NCBI GenBank assembly: GCA_902782615.1
Contig: CACZNU010000115.1
Coordinates: 1 to 51,712, forward strand
Source of the DNA: Oscillospiraceae bacterium
Lineage (GTDB): Bacteria > Bacillota > Clostridia > Oscillospirales > Oscillospiraceae
Reading direction: 5' to 3'
DNA: 51,712 nt
Within the stretch, counting starts at the first letter, position 1. Each line of letters begins with the position of its first letter. The notes under the pieces are model-generated. The model made no database searches and had not been told where the DNA came from. It worked only from the letters and a program-made list of their open reading frames with translations. Position numbers and translations under genes: made by a program. Positions 7,100-15,792 of this stretch are shown one piece after another.

Positions 7100-8461
7100 A
7101 TGTTGAAGAAATCGGGTGTCCTTTTCCTTGTACTTCTGCTTAGTCTTTCCTTGGTGGCCTGCGGGAACAAGACGACAATCACGCCAGAAAAAGCGCCGGA
7201 GGATTCACAGGAGCAGAGACCTGGGACCTCCGATTCTCCTGAAAAGTCAGATGGAGAATGGACAGCCAATCCGAGCGGCGAGCCGTCGGATGTTACCTAC
7301 ACGCTCCCTAAGTTGCCGAGGGAAAACCGCAATATCCCAGAAGGCAGCAACGTGGTACAGGTGGGGGATAAGTATATTGTTGCAGCTAATATGGACGCAG
7401 ACTATTATCGGGATAGCAGCTTTCGAACGATTTATTTGTTTGTGCTGTCCCGAGAACCCATGGATCCAGACAGCATCCATGTGAAGCTTGATCGGGCGGA
7501 TGTTGATATCGGCAAGGTTTATGTGAATGACCTCTCTGGCAGCGTCTCCCTCGAAAAATCATTCATATATCCTCTTTACTATGGCTATTCAAATGCTAAC
7601 TGGAAGGAGTATTACCAGTGGATAACCGCTTTTCATGACTATCAAGAGAGGGTAAGCGCAGGCGAGGATATTTCTCCGCCCATAGACGGTGAATGGCAGG
7701 ATTTTCAGGATATGTCAACACCCGCCGCATGGTTTCAGAGAAACGGGAATCCTGATTCTCACATCTATGCGATTACCCTGACGCTGTTCGGGTGGAATGA
7801 GGAAACTACAATTCATCATTTGACGGTATCCTGGCCCGCGGTAGAGCAGACGATCGACATTGGCGAGATTCGACTGCACATGGACTACATTTACAGTATG
7901 TATGATTGGCCAGACCGCTTTGGCTTGCACGGACTTACTGCCAACAGCGGCAGCCTCAGTTATATGTTCGGTCCAGAAATTGCGTGCAGCATAACCAGCG
8001 AAATGACTTGTGACGCAGAAGTCATTTTCAAGGGTGTCACCAGCCTAAACAGCCACTATCCGGTCGTGGAGGTGGTACTTTACGGTACGGCGCCGGGTGT
8101 GGAAGATCAGCAGATTCTGACGCCAGATCATCCGGTCACAGTCTCTCCCGGCGCAAAAACGGTGATGAGTATATACTTTATCGGCCCACACCTATCCGAA
8201 CTAACCGTCATGGGGCAGGGGTACTTTCTGATCGACTGTGAGGTGGATGGGCAGGAGTATCACTTTATTTGGGAAGGCGGGCAGCAGAGGGGATGCTATC
8301 CAGATGAACTTTATGCCATTGTCATGGACAACGTGGATATGCAGGGGTATTACGAATACGTGGAGTATGATCCGTTCCATGTGCGCACGCTTTTTGGCAC
8401 CCGCGAGCTATACGATGAATTGGGTTGGACGGAAAAGTGGGAGGCAATGATGGCGGAATGA
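7100..8461 (+). CDS. Hypothetical lipoprotein (453 aa)
   Basis: AAGGAG RBS, lipobox LVAC at Cys21, low-complexity linker, then an acidic beta-rich domain. Confidence 0.8.
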   Translation: MLKKSGVLFLVLLLSLSLVACGNKTTITPEKAPEDSQEQRPGTSDSPEKSDGEWTANPSGEPSDVTYTLPKLPRENRNIPEGSNVVQVGDKYIVAANMDADYYRDSSFRTIYLFVLSREPMDPDSIHVKLDRADVDIGKVYVNDLSGSVSLEKSFIYPLYYGYSNANWKEYYQWITAFHDYQERVSAGEDISPPIDGEWQDFQDMSTPAAWFQRNGNPDSHIYAITLTLFGWNEETTIHHLTVSWPAVEQTIDIGEIRLHMDYIYSMYDWPDRFGLHGLTANSGSLSYMFGPEIACSITSEMTCDAEVIFKGVTSLNSHYPVVEVVLYGTAPGVEDQQILTPDHPVTVSPGAKTVMSIYFIGPHLSELTVMGQGYFLIDCEVDGQEYHFIWEGGQQRGCYPDELYAIVMDNVDMQGYYEYVEYDPFHVRTLFGTRELYDELGWTEKWEAMMAE

Positions 8462-8504
8462 TCCCGCCGCAGAACAAATACATAAAAAGAGGCGGAGGTG
8501 GGAC

Positions 8505-9803
8505 ATGAGACAAAAGAGCATCCTTCCCCACGCGCTGACCATGGTGTGGCGGGAGCGGCGAAGCTACGCGCTGCTGTCGGTGACGGTGGTGTTGTCGTTG
8601 GCCCTGCTGCTGGGGTACATGTTGTTTACGGACTCACGCCTGTATAACCGCTACCGATTTGTCATGGCCCAGGATTCCTCTCTTGTGGAGGTGGAGTTCC
8701 TGGGGCAACAAAACCGGGAGCAAATGGAGCAATATGTGGAAAACGCGGCCAGGCTGGGGGAAATCCGGGACCAAAGGTGGCACTATACCTGTCTGGGCAT
8801 GGGATTGAATTTGCAGGCTGCGGACGAGATGGGAGAACATAGCGTCGGCATCCCTGTCGAATTTGTGGCGGTGGACACTCAATTCACCATGCCCGTCTGG
8901 GCACAGGAGGTCTGCCGTTACACCGTGGACTGGCTGGCCGGGAAGGAGCGCGACTGCCTGGAGGTGCATCCTGGGGAGATCCTGCTGGAGGAGGACCTGT
9001 TCTACGGCCTGGGGCTGGACAAACAGGCCGAGCCCCGCTTCGCCTACGAGTTGGAGTATACTGGCAGTGGAGAACACTTCTTCCAGCGGCTGGACTTGAA
9101 GGTGGCAGGGATCCTACACCCCGGGAATGCCATCCACCGTGAGGATTCTCTGGCCCGCTTTCTGCAGGAACAGAGGACCGAACACAGTAGCTACAGCACC
9201 TATGTCTTTGTGAACAAGGCGGATCTGTCCCCGGTGAGCATGCCGCAGGGCACGTGGCAGACCCATCTGGATCTCTATACCGACCACCCCGCGGAGACGG
9301 CCCAGTTGGCGGAGAAAATGTTCTCTTCGGTGGGCGTCACCTGCTGCGCCAGAGAGCAGGCCCAGGCCCTGCAGGTGATCCAGGCGCAGAAGCACACCAA
9401 GGGCCTCATCGCCATGTCGCTGCTGCTGTTGCTGGGTATCAACCTGTACTCCTGCTTTGAAAACGCTCTGTCCCGCCGCCGGTTTGAGATCGGCGTCAAG
9501 CGAGCACTGGGCGCATCCAAGTGGCATATCATCCGGCAGTTCCTGTGTGAGAGCGTGCTGGTGATGGCGGCGTGTACGCTGATCGCCGTCTGGCTGGCCG
9601 TCACGGTGCTGCTGGTGTACAAGTTGGTGCAGCAGATTCCCGGCGAAATCCCGTCGGTGGATCCCACCTGGACCGTGTATTTGAGTCCCTATTCCTTCGG
9701 CATTTTCGCCGTCTGTGCAATCACGCTGACGGTGGTGTTCAGTCTGATCTTCGCCTATCGCTCGACGCAGGTGGAGGTCGTCCAGTATTTGAAAGCGGAG
9801 TGA
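8505..9803 (+). CDS. ABC transporter permease, FtsX/MacB-like
   Basis: N-terminal TM, large extracellular loop, RRRFEIGVKRALGASKWHIIRQFLCES motif, three C-terminal TMs. Confidence 0.9.
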   Translation: MRQKSILPHALTMVWRERRSYALLSVTVVLSLALLLGYMLFTDSRLYNRYRFVMAQDSSLVEVEFLGQQNREQMEQYVENAARLGEIRDQRWHYTCLGMGLNLQAADEMGEHSVGIPVEFVAVDTQFTMPVWAQEVCRYTVDWLAGKERDCLEVHPGEILLEEDLFYGLGLDKQAEPRFAYELEYTGSGEHFFQRLDLKVAGILHPGNAIHREDSLARFLQEQRTEHSSYSTYVFVNKADLSPVSMPQGTWQTHLDLYTDHPAETAQLAEKMFSSVGVTCCAREQAQALQVIQAQKHTKGLIAMSLLLLLGINLYSCFENALSRRRFEIGVKRALGASKWHIIRQFLCESVLVMAACTLIAVWLAVTVLLVYKLVQQIPGEIPSVDPTWTVYLSPYSFGIFAVCAITLTVVFSLIFAYRSTQVEVVQYLKAE

Positions 9804-9816
9804 GGGAGGTTATTGC

Positions 9817-10677
9817 ATGCATAAGTCAATCGTTCCGAAGGTCTTGTTTGCCCTGTTGGTGGTGGCTCTGTTGCTGCTGCCCCTGGGGCTGATCTCCCAA
9901 ATCTCCCAGCGGGAGATGGAGGCCTACGCCGCGCCGGAGCTGCCGGAGCTGCGGGAGATGGCCTACGGCGACATCGTGGAGGCCATGCGGATGGATGTGG
10001 CGGAAACGATTCCCGTCAGCGGCACCTTTGTCTCCCGCACCTACGCTTATCAGGAACTGGGCAGTGTGGACAGCGCCGACTTCCGCTGGGAGATCTCCTC
10101 CGGAGACGAGGTGCATCAGGGCGACAGCCTGGGCACCTACAAAGGCCGCGTCGTCACCGCCGACTGCGACGGCGTCGTGGACGAGATTAACCCCTACGGC
10201 ACAAGCCCCTACATCCGCTACAAGCTGTTTACGCCGGTGGAGCTGGCGTGCGCCGTGGACGAGGACACCGCCGCCGTGCTGCGCCGCTCCACGCTGGATT
10301 TGACACTGGAGGACGGCACGCCTGTGGAACTGCTGTTTCTGTCCCAGGCCCAGAACGGCGACGGTACCACCAACACACGCTTTCACATCAACAGCGACCG
10401 CTACCGCTGCGGTGCGGCGGTCAGCAATCTGCAGCTGCGCACCGGGCGTGTGTTCAGCCAGGCGCTGGTGCTGGACGCCGACGCCCTCTATCAGCGTAAT
10501 GGCGGCGGTGAGGACGACGTGTGGTATGCCCGTCAGGTTGATGGCTCCGGTGCATTCATCCAGGAGATCCAGGTAAAGGTCAGCTACCGGGCCGGCAGTC
10601 TGGTCTGCATCAGTGGCGACGGGCTGGAAGAGGGCATGCGGTTCGACAAGGGGTACAAGACCCTTATTGACGGGTGA
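9817..10677 (+). CDS. Membrane fusion/adaptor-like protein
   Basis: N-terminal anchor, lipoyl-like half motifs (GDEVHQGDSLG; VTADCDGVVDEI), C-terminal ISGDGLEEG. Lies between the permease and the ATPase. Confidence 0.7.
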   Translation: MHKSIVPKVLFALLVVALLLLPLGLISQISQREMEAYAAPELPELREMAYGDIVEAMRMDVAETIPVSGTFVSRTYAYQELGSVDSADFRWEISSGDEVHQGDSLGTYKGRVVTADCDGVVDEINPYGTSPYIRYKLFTPVELACAVDEDTAAVLRRSTLDLTLEDGTPVELLFLSQAQNGDGTTNTRFHINSDRYRCGAAVSNLQLRTGRVFSQALVLDADALYQRNGGGEDDVWYARQVDGSGAFIQEIQVKVSYRAGSLVCISGDGLEEGMRFDKGYKTLIDG

Positions 10678-11333
10678 GCGCCATGAACAAGCTGTATCTG
10701 ACACTGGAACATGTAGCTAAATCCTATGCCCGGTCTGTGCTGCGGGATGTGAATCTCACCGTCACCAACGACAGCTACGTGACCATTCTGGGCAAATCCG
10801 GTTCCGGCAAGTCCACCATGCTGAACATTCTGGGGCTGCTGGAGGACTACGACGCCGGGGAGTACCGCCTTAATGGCACGCTGATTCGCAATGGGCGAGA
10901 CTATGCCCGCCTCCGAGCGGAGAATATCGGCTTTATCTTCCAATCCTACAATCTGATCTCCACCATGACCTGCCGGGAGAATATCCTGCTGCCTACATTG
11001 TACGGGAATGTGAAGGATACACGCGGCATAGAGGGACTGGCAGAGCGGCTGGGCATCGCACCGCTGCTGGAGCAGCGGGTAAACACCCTCTCCGGTGGTG
11101 AAAAGCAGCGTGTGGCGGTGGCCCGGGCGCTGATACTGGATCCGTGTCTCATCCTGGCGGACGAGCCCACCGGCAACCTGGATGTGCAGAATCGGGACAT
11201 CATCATGGACCTCCTTCGGGAGGAACACAAGAGGGGCCGCGGCGTGATCCTCATCACCCACGACATGCAAACCGCCTCCTGTGCCGACACCGTGTACCGG
11301 CTGGAGGACGGTGTGCTGGTGGAGGGGAAATGA
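10674..11333 (+). CDS. ABC transporter ATP-binding protein, LolD/MacB type
   Basis: GKSGSGKST, LSGGEKQRVAVARAL, ILADEPTGNLD, ITHD. Confidence 0.95.
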   Translation: MSAMNKLYLTLEHVAKSYARSVLRDVNLTVTNDSYVTILGKSGSGKSTMLNILGLLEDYDAGEYRLNGTLIRNGRDYARLRAENIGFIFQSYNLISTMTCRENILLPTLYGNVKDTRGIEGLAERLGIAPLLEQRVNTLSGGEKQRVAVARALILDPCLILADEPTGNLDVQNRDIIMDLLREEHKRGRGVILITHDMQTASCADTVYRLEDGVLVEGK

Positions 11334-11486
11334 TTCCAATGATGAGAGTATTAAGCCCGCAGGGACTTGCTCATTCTCTATAGAGGTGCTATTATTATAT
11401 CAAGTAGTAATCATCACATTTAGCAGATTTTGCGCGACGATAACCGTTGTTTTATGTGCTCCGAATAGAAAAAGAGGAGAGAATAT

Positions 11487-12779
11487 ATGTACATAGACGA
11501 GAATCGTAATCTTAGTGGGTATAGCATGGCTGAGAGTGAAAAACGCGTGTGTCATAGGTGCATTGGCAACAAAGCATTGAGTAAATATATCCGAACAAAC
11601 GGTGAGATGAAAAGGTGTGATTATTGTGGGGGGCGCAGCCGATCTATTCCGTTTGAGGAGTTCTTTGATGTAATTATGGATGGAGTAAGCTATGCCTATA
11701 GCCGCGCGGTAGACGAATTACCTGTTGAACACGGTGAATATGTCGGAAAGACCTATTCTTCAGATGAACTGATTTATGATGAACTATCTGAGGAAATCAA
11801 TCCACAGAATGAGCGGATTCTTGATGACATTGTTGATCTGATGCCGGATGAGATCTGGTGCGACGCAGATCCTTTTGACAATGAAGTTGAAGACCTTGAC
11901 TTCTATTCATGGGAAGCCTTTTGCAAGATGGTGCGGGAGAAAATGCGGTTTGTTTTCTACCGTGTCAACACAGATGACGACTATCCCAATGATCCAATAG
12001 GTATTCTTGACCGGATTGCAAAATATACGCAGGAGGCGAAACTCACACGAAGGATTGATAAACATACGAAGCTGTTCCGTTGCCGCGTCTTTTCTGATGA
12101 TAAGTGGCCCACTGATCCCGGGAACTACGCTCCGCCAAAACCAGAGCATGCTGTACCGGGAAGAATGAACGCATCCGGGATTGAGATGCTCTATCTTACG
12201 CTGGAGGAAGAAACCGCCAAACAGGAGACATATGACCGGAACCGGGAGTATGCGGTCGTCGTACAGTATCGGGTGGAGGATCCAATCTACGTGTTGGATC
12301 TTTCGCGGCTCGATACAATGGATTTGCCCAGTATCTTTGACCGGGAGCGTAGGGAAACTGCCCACGCTATAAAATTCCTCAAGCAGTTTGCAGATGATAT
12401 TTCAAGGCCAAAAGTAAATGTAAATATAGATACAGAGTATGTCCCGACACAAATAATGACCGAATTTTTCCGCTATGTGAGGCCCAAGGACAGAGATCGA
12501 TATGATGGAATCCTGTATAAAAGCACACAAAACCCGGGTGGCAAATGCCTGGTTTTGTTCATGAACCGCGAAGATGTGTTGACCGGGAAGCACGGGATTC
12601 ATCTTAATCCGGCAGAAACACACTTTTATAAAAAACAGTATACCGAAATAGTTAATGATGCAACGTCGTGTGCAAAGAAGGAGCTTTTAGCAAAAGTTCT
12701 CCTCCACCGCTATGGTGATACGTGTGTAAAGGATATTCCCGCCTCATCCGCTGTTGCGGAAAAAGAAAAGTTGGTTTGA
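11487..12779 (+). CDS. RES-domain protein with N-terminal Zn-finger/HEPN-RES-associated domain
   Basis: CxxC...CxxC at the N-terminus. LFRCR, PP...GRMNASGIEMLYL..E.ETA..E, EYVPTQIMTEFFR, DGILYKS......CLVLF are RES hallmarks. AT-rich. Confidence 0.85.
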   Translation: MYIDENRNLSGYSMAESEKRVCHRCIGNKALSKYIRTNGEMKRCDYCGGRSRSIPFEEFFDVIMDGVSYAYSRAVDELPVEHGEYVGKTYSSDELIYDELSEEINPQNERILDDIVDLMPDEIWCDADPFDNEVEDLDFYSWEAFCKMVREKMRFVFYRVNTDDDYPNDPIGILDRIAKYTQEAKLTRRIDKHTKLFRCRVFSDDKWPTDPGNYAPPKPEHAVPGRMNASGIEMLYLTLEEETAKQETYDRNREYAVVVQYRVEDPIYVLDLSRLDTMDLPSIFDRERRETAHAIKFLKQFADDISRPKVNVNIDTEYVPTQIMTEFFRYVRPKDRDRYDGILYKSTQNPGGKCLVLFMNREDVLTGKHGIHLNPAETHFYKKQYTEIVNDATSCAKKELLAKVLLHRYGDTCVKDIPASSAVAEKEKLV

Positions 12780-12922
12780 AATACTTCAACTGGAAACATA
12801 GAAACACAGGGATGGTTTTCTGCGTTCTCACCGAAGAAATGAGAGTTGGTTCTTTGTCAACGATTCCAGAGTAAAAGTTGCCACATCCAAGATAAGAAAT
12901 TTGATTTGATGTGCTAATCACT

Positions 12923-13127
12923 CTTGTTTATGCACTAATTTCCAACCACGTCTTTGCGGACGGGGAACAAGTGAATCGACATGTACGTCATGCTCGCCTG
13001 TTTAGAGGTGAATGAGACCTGCAAAAAGATGAACCAATGACGAGATTGCTCGAACGGACTTGGTATGGTCTCTGGAGGGATGAAATACGAAGCGATATTT
13101 GACTGGGTGATTGCCCACAGAGGGTAA
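12923..13127 (+). pseudogene. Doc/Fic toxin remnant (copy 2)
   Basis: YALISNHVFADG[+1]NK*IDMYVMLACLEVN... is a decayed HxFxDGNKR motif, followed by ...GMKYEAIFDWVIAHRG*. Confidence 0.8.
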
Positions 13128-13311
13128 GGATGAACGCATGATTCCCGCTGGGCGGTGCGCAAAAAATTCCCCTTATTTTTGCCCTTAACAGAAAGAAATG
13201 GACAAAAATGAGCAGTTTTTATATGGCACAAAAAGTTCAAAAAATATGACGGGATAAACTGAATAGGGCAATAATAAGAGCAAATAAGCCAGAACCCGGT
13301 CGATTCGAATC
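12975..13311 (+). repeat. ~340-bp element-end repeat, copy 2
   Basis: Direct repeat of 1961-2296. Confidence 0.95.
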
Positions 13312-13326
13312 CGCCCAGCAGCTCCA
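13301..13326 (+). mobile_element. att-like junction: 3' fragment of a tRNA-Thr-like gene
   Basis: TTCGAATCCGCCCAGCAGCTCCA gives T-loop, acceptor strand and CCA resembling Firmicutes tRNA-Thr(GGU). No 5' half. Confidence 0.7.
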
Positions 13327-13423
13327 ACTATTCCACCGTTAAACCGTGAGGCTTGCGGTGTTTTTGTTATTTATGCGGACTTTTTGAAAGCAAATGTTTT
13401 TTTTGCCCATTTGGCGATTTTGG

Positions 13424-13493
13424 CAAAAAGGTTGAGCAAAAGGTTGAGATAGGGCTAAAATCGTGCAGTATTCGTGCAGTATTTGTGCAGCAG
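13424..13493. repeat. Short tandem direct repeats, possible integrase arm-type sites
   Basis: CAAAA(A)GGTTGAG x2 (13424-13448) and T(C/T)GTGCAG x3 at 11-bp period (13461-13493), ~100-170 bp from the tRNA fragment. Confidence 0.6.
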
Positions 13494-13549
13494 AGGCATG
13501 GCTGAAAACGAAAGACAAGCGTGTTGTGCGGCAGAACGCGGAGGCCAAG

Positions 13550-13983
13550 ATTGACACGGGAGTCATCTGCCACCCGCCGCTGGACTGGACCGGCTCCACC
13601 GCACGGAGGGATTCTTGTGTCTTGACAGTGGGGGTTGGTTGTGGTACTGTAATTACAGAAGAAGTCACCTTACTGGGTGGAGCCGTCCCCGGACCATCGT
13701 CCGCACGACCACGAGACCGTCTGGTGGGTTCTTCTTTTTTTATTACAAATTTTCCACCGTCGGCCAATTCTACGTTTACTGCTCGGGGCTTTCCATTGTC
13801 AGCAAATTGGATTACCACTCCGACATTCACAACAGTCCCATTGATTTTTGCTGGTGCCGCGTATGTAAGCGTAGTAAGTCCCGTGTTTTCGTGATTTTTT
13901 TGACCGGCAATTCGAATTCCTTGTTAAGTTCTATCCCCTCGACGTTATTGCTGAACTGGTTTACCGTTGCAATAGCAACATAG
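13550..13983 (-). pseudogene. Fragment of a large phage/ICE-type protein
   Basis: Frameshifted minus-strand reading ...TLTYAAPAKINGTVVNVGVVIQFADNGKPRAVNV...SSVITVPQPTPTVK, reminiscent of large polyvalent protein domains. No start or RBS. Boundaries approximate. Confidence 0.35.
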
Positions 13984-14111
13984 GTCAACATCTTCCGGGG
14001 CTGCACTGAGGTGTCGCTGGGGAATTGGTTCCACGGGCTTGCCCGTAAGAGGCCATGATGTCCCCGGCGGCATTTTCTTTATTACCATTGGACAGAACAA
14101 GCCCCGTTGGA

Positions 14112-14228
14112 TCATCCAACAGGGCTTGTCTTGACTTTACTGACGGCGGCGGCGACATCCTCCGCCGGGAGCTGTGCCGCGATCTCCAGTATGCGGCGGA
14201 TCATTTCTTCCCTTGTAAGCTGCTCCAT
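14112..14228 (-). CDS. Small hypothetical protein (38 aa)
   Basis: GGAGG RBS, MEQLTREEMIRRILEIAAQLPAEDVAAAVSKVKTSPVG*. The stop lies inside a hairpin (14097-14129). Confidence 0.5.
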   Translation of the reverse strand: MEQLTREEMIRRILEIAAQLPAEDVAAAVSKVKTSPVG

Positions 14229-14281
14229 AATTCCCTCCATGTCATGTATTTGGATGGGGGCGGGATAACCGCCCCACACGG

Positions 14282-14461
14282 TCACGCTGTTGCTCTTACC
14301 TGGCTCTCACCAAAGAAGCTGGCCTTGTACTCCGCACCATCTCCCCGCGCTCCCCAAATGAGGGAGACACCGAACAGCGCCTTGCTTCCGTGCATCACCT
14401 CATAACCGAGGTCACGCCACCGCGCAAATGTGTTCGCGGTCTCGCTGATCCCGGCGGATGC
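14282..14461 (-). pseudogene. 3' fragment of a mobile-element protein, ArdC-N-like motif
   Basis: NTFARWRDLGYEVMHGSKALF resembles the TF..W...G..V.KG.KA motif. No credible start. Confidence 0.4.
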
Positions 14462-14623
14462 TAAAGTGGTGCTGCGGCCTTGCAAATGGCCTTTATGCGG
14501 ACTTGCGCAAGACAAAAGCCATGTGCAGATATAGAAAAGTCCACGAAAAAAATGCGGACAGATTGTCGCGGTGGGTCACCGTTTTATGTTTGACATTTGC
14601 AGGCAAAGAGCGTAGAGTATAAG

Positions 14624-14703
14624 TAGGCTTCGGGAACAGAGGGGAGATCCGCGTACCGATTTCGGTTGGCGATGGCCTCTCCAAGACCCCGGAGTCTATT
14701 TTT
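14624..14703 (+). ncRNA. Candidate structured RNA (~80 nt)
   Basis: TTGACA(14590)-N17-TAGAGT promoter. 11-bp closing stem TAGGCTTCGGG/CCCGGAGTCTA, inner GGAGA/TCTCC and ACCG-ATTT-CGGT, then a T-run. Confidence 0.5.
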
Positions 14704-14711
14704 GCCAGCAT

Positions 14712-15066
14712 ATGGTGATCCATATCATCCTTATTTTCGCCATGAACAACATCACCACGGCGCTGGAATTCATGGCCGATGAGGAGATCCGTCTGCTGCC
14801 GAAGCTGCTGTTTCTGATGGGATCGTTGCTGCTGTTTTTTGCCTTTCTCTTTGCCGCCTGCCGGTATGCCAGAACTTGCTGCCGGAACAGGGGGACGCCT
14901 ATATGGAAAGGTGGGGCTGATGGCTCTTGTGTTTGTGGGGCTGATGCTGCTGCTGCGGATGCAGATGCTGCTCAATATCGCGGTCACGGTGCTGTTCGTA
15001 TTCGGCGTGTTCCTCGTCCTGTATGACTACGGAAGGCGGGTCGAGGCGATCGCGGAGCGGGAATAG
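14712..15066 (+). pseudogene. Truncated, frameshifted membrane protein (possibly LtrA C-terminus)
   Basis: Hydrophobic helices split across two frames (shift near 14870). HIILIFAMNNITTALEF recalls low-temperature-requirement protein A. No RBS. Confidence 0.5.
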
Positions 15067-15117
15067 ACTATCGGGAGATGCCCGCAGGATGCGGACGCCC
15101 TATGAAGGAGGAAAGAT

Positions 15118-15747
15118 ATGTCATACAAGGTTTTGGTTTTGAACGGCAGTCCCCGCGCCAGGGGCTGCACGGCCAGAGCGCTGGAGGAGTTGATCCGTAC
15201 GCTGCATGAGGAGGGCGTTGAGACGGAGCTGGTCCACATCGGCAAAGAGGACATCCGGGGATGCATGTCCTGCGGTTTCTGTCTCCAGAATGGCCGCTGT
15301 GTCTTCCAGGACAAGGTCAATGAGGCGGCGGCGCTGTTTGAGCAGGCGGATGGTCTGGTGATCGGAAGCCCCGTGTACTACGGCTCCCCCAATGGAACGA
15401 CCCTGGCCTTTCTGGACCGCCTGTTTTACAGCACCCACTTCTCCAAGCACATGAAGGTGGGCGCGGCAGTGGTCAGCTGCCGCCGGGGAGGCAACACCGC
15501 TTCCTTTGACGTGCTGAACAAGTATTTCACCATCTCCGGCATGCCGGTGGCCTCCAGTACCTACTGGAATCAGGTCCACGGCTTCTCTGCCGAGGATGTG
15601 GAGAAGGATCTGGAGGGGCTGCAGACCATGCGCAACCTGGCCCGGAACATGGCCTTTCTCATCAGAGCCATCGCCGCGGAGCGGGGGCGTACCGGCCTGC
15701 CCCGGGTGGAGAGCGACGTGTTCACCAGCTTCCCCGACGGAAAGTGA
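15118..15747 (+). CDS. Flavodoxin-family iron-sulfur flavoprotein / NADPH-dependent FMN reductase
   Basis: NGSPR, CMSCGFC....C, GSPVYYG. Confidence 0.92.
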   Translation: MSYKVLVLNGSPRARGCTARALEELIRTLHEEGVETELVHIGKEDIRGCMSCGFCLQNGRCVFQDKVNEAAALFEQADGLVIGSPVYYGSPNGTTLAFLDRLFYSTHFSKHMKVGAAVVSCRRGGNTASFDVLNKYFTISGMPVASSTYWNQVHGFSAEDVEKDLEGLQTMRNLARNMAFLIRAIAAERGRTGLPRVESDVFTSFPDGK

Positions 15748-15792
15748 TAAAAGGGCGTCTTTCGGAGCGCAGATGCCGACAGAGACAGAAAA

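Noticed and set aside
6223-11341. 12-bp direct repeat ATGATTCCAATG (6223-6234, 11330-11341) bracketing part of the ABC module
   Set aside because: Several 12-mer matches are expected by chance in ~14 kb, and there is no other sign of a target-site duplication.
13424-13493. Short repeats as a CRISPR array
   Set aside because: Units are 11-13 bp, directly adjacent, with no spacers and no cas genes.
13700-13830. GKPRAVNV as a cold-shock domain
   Set aside because: RNP1/RNP2 motifs are absent, and the context fits a fragment of a larger protein.
13370-14504. 13-bp direct repeat TTTATGCGGACTT (13370-13382, 14492-14504) flanking the remnant region
   Set aside because: The position is suggestive but the match is within chance expectation, so it cannot be supported without comparative data.
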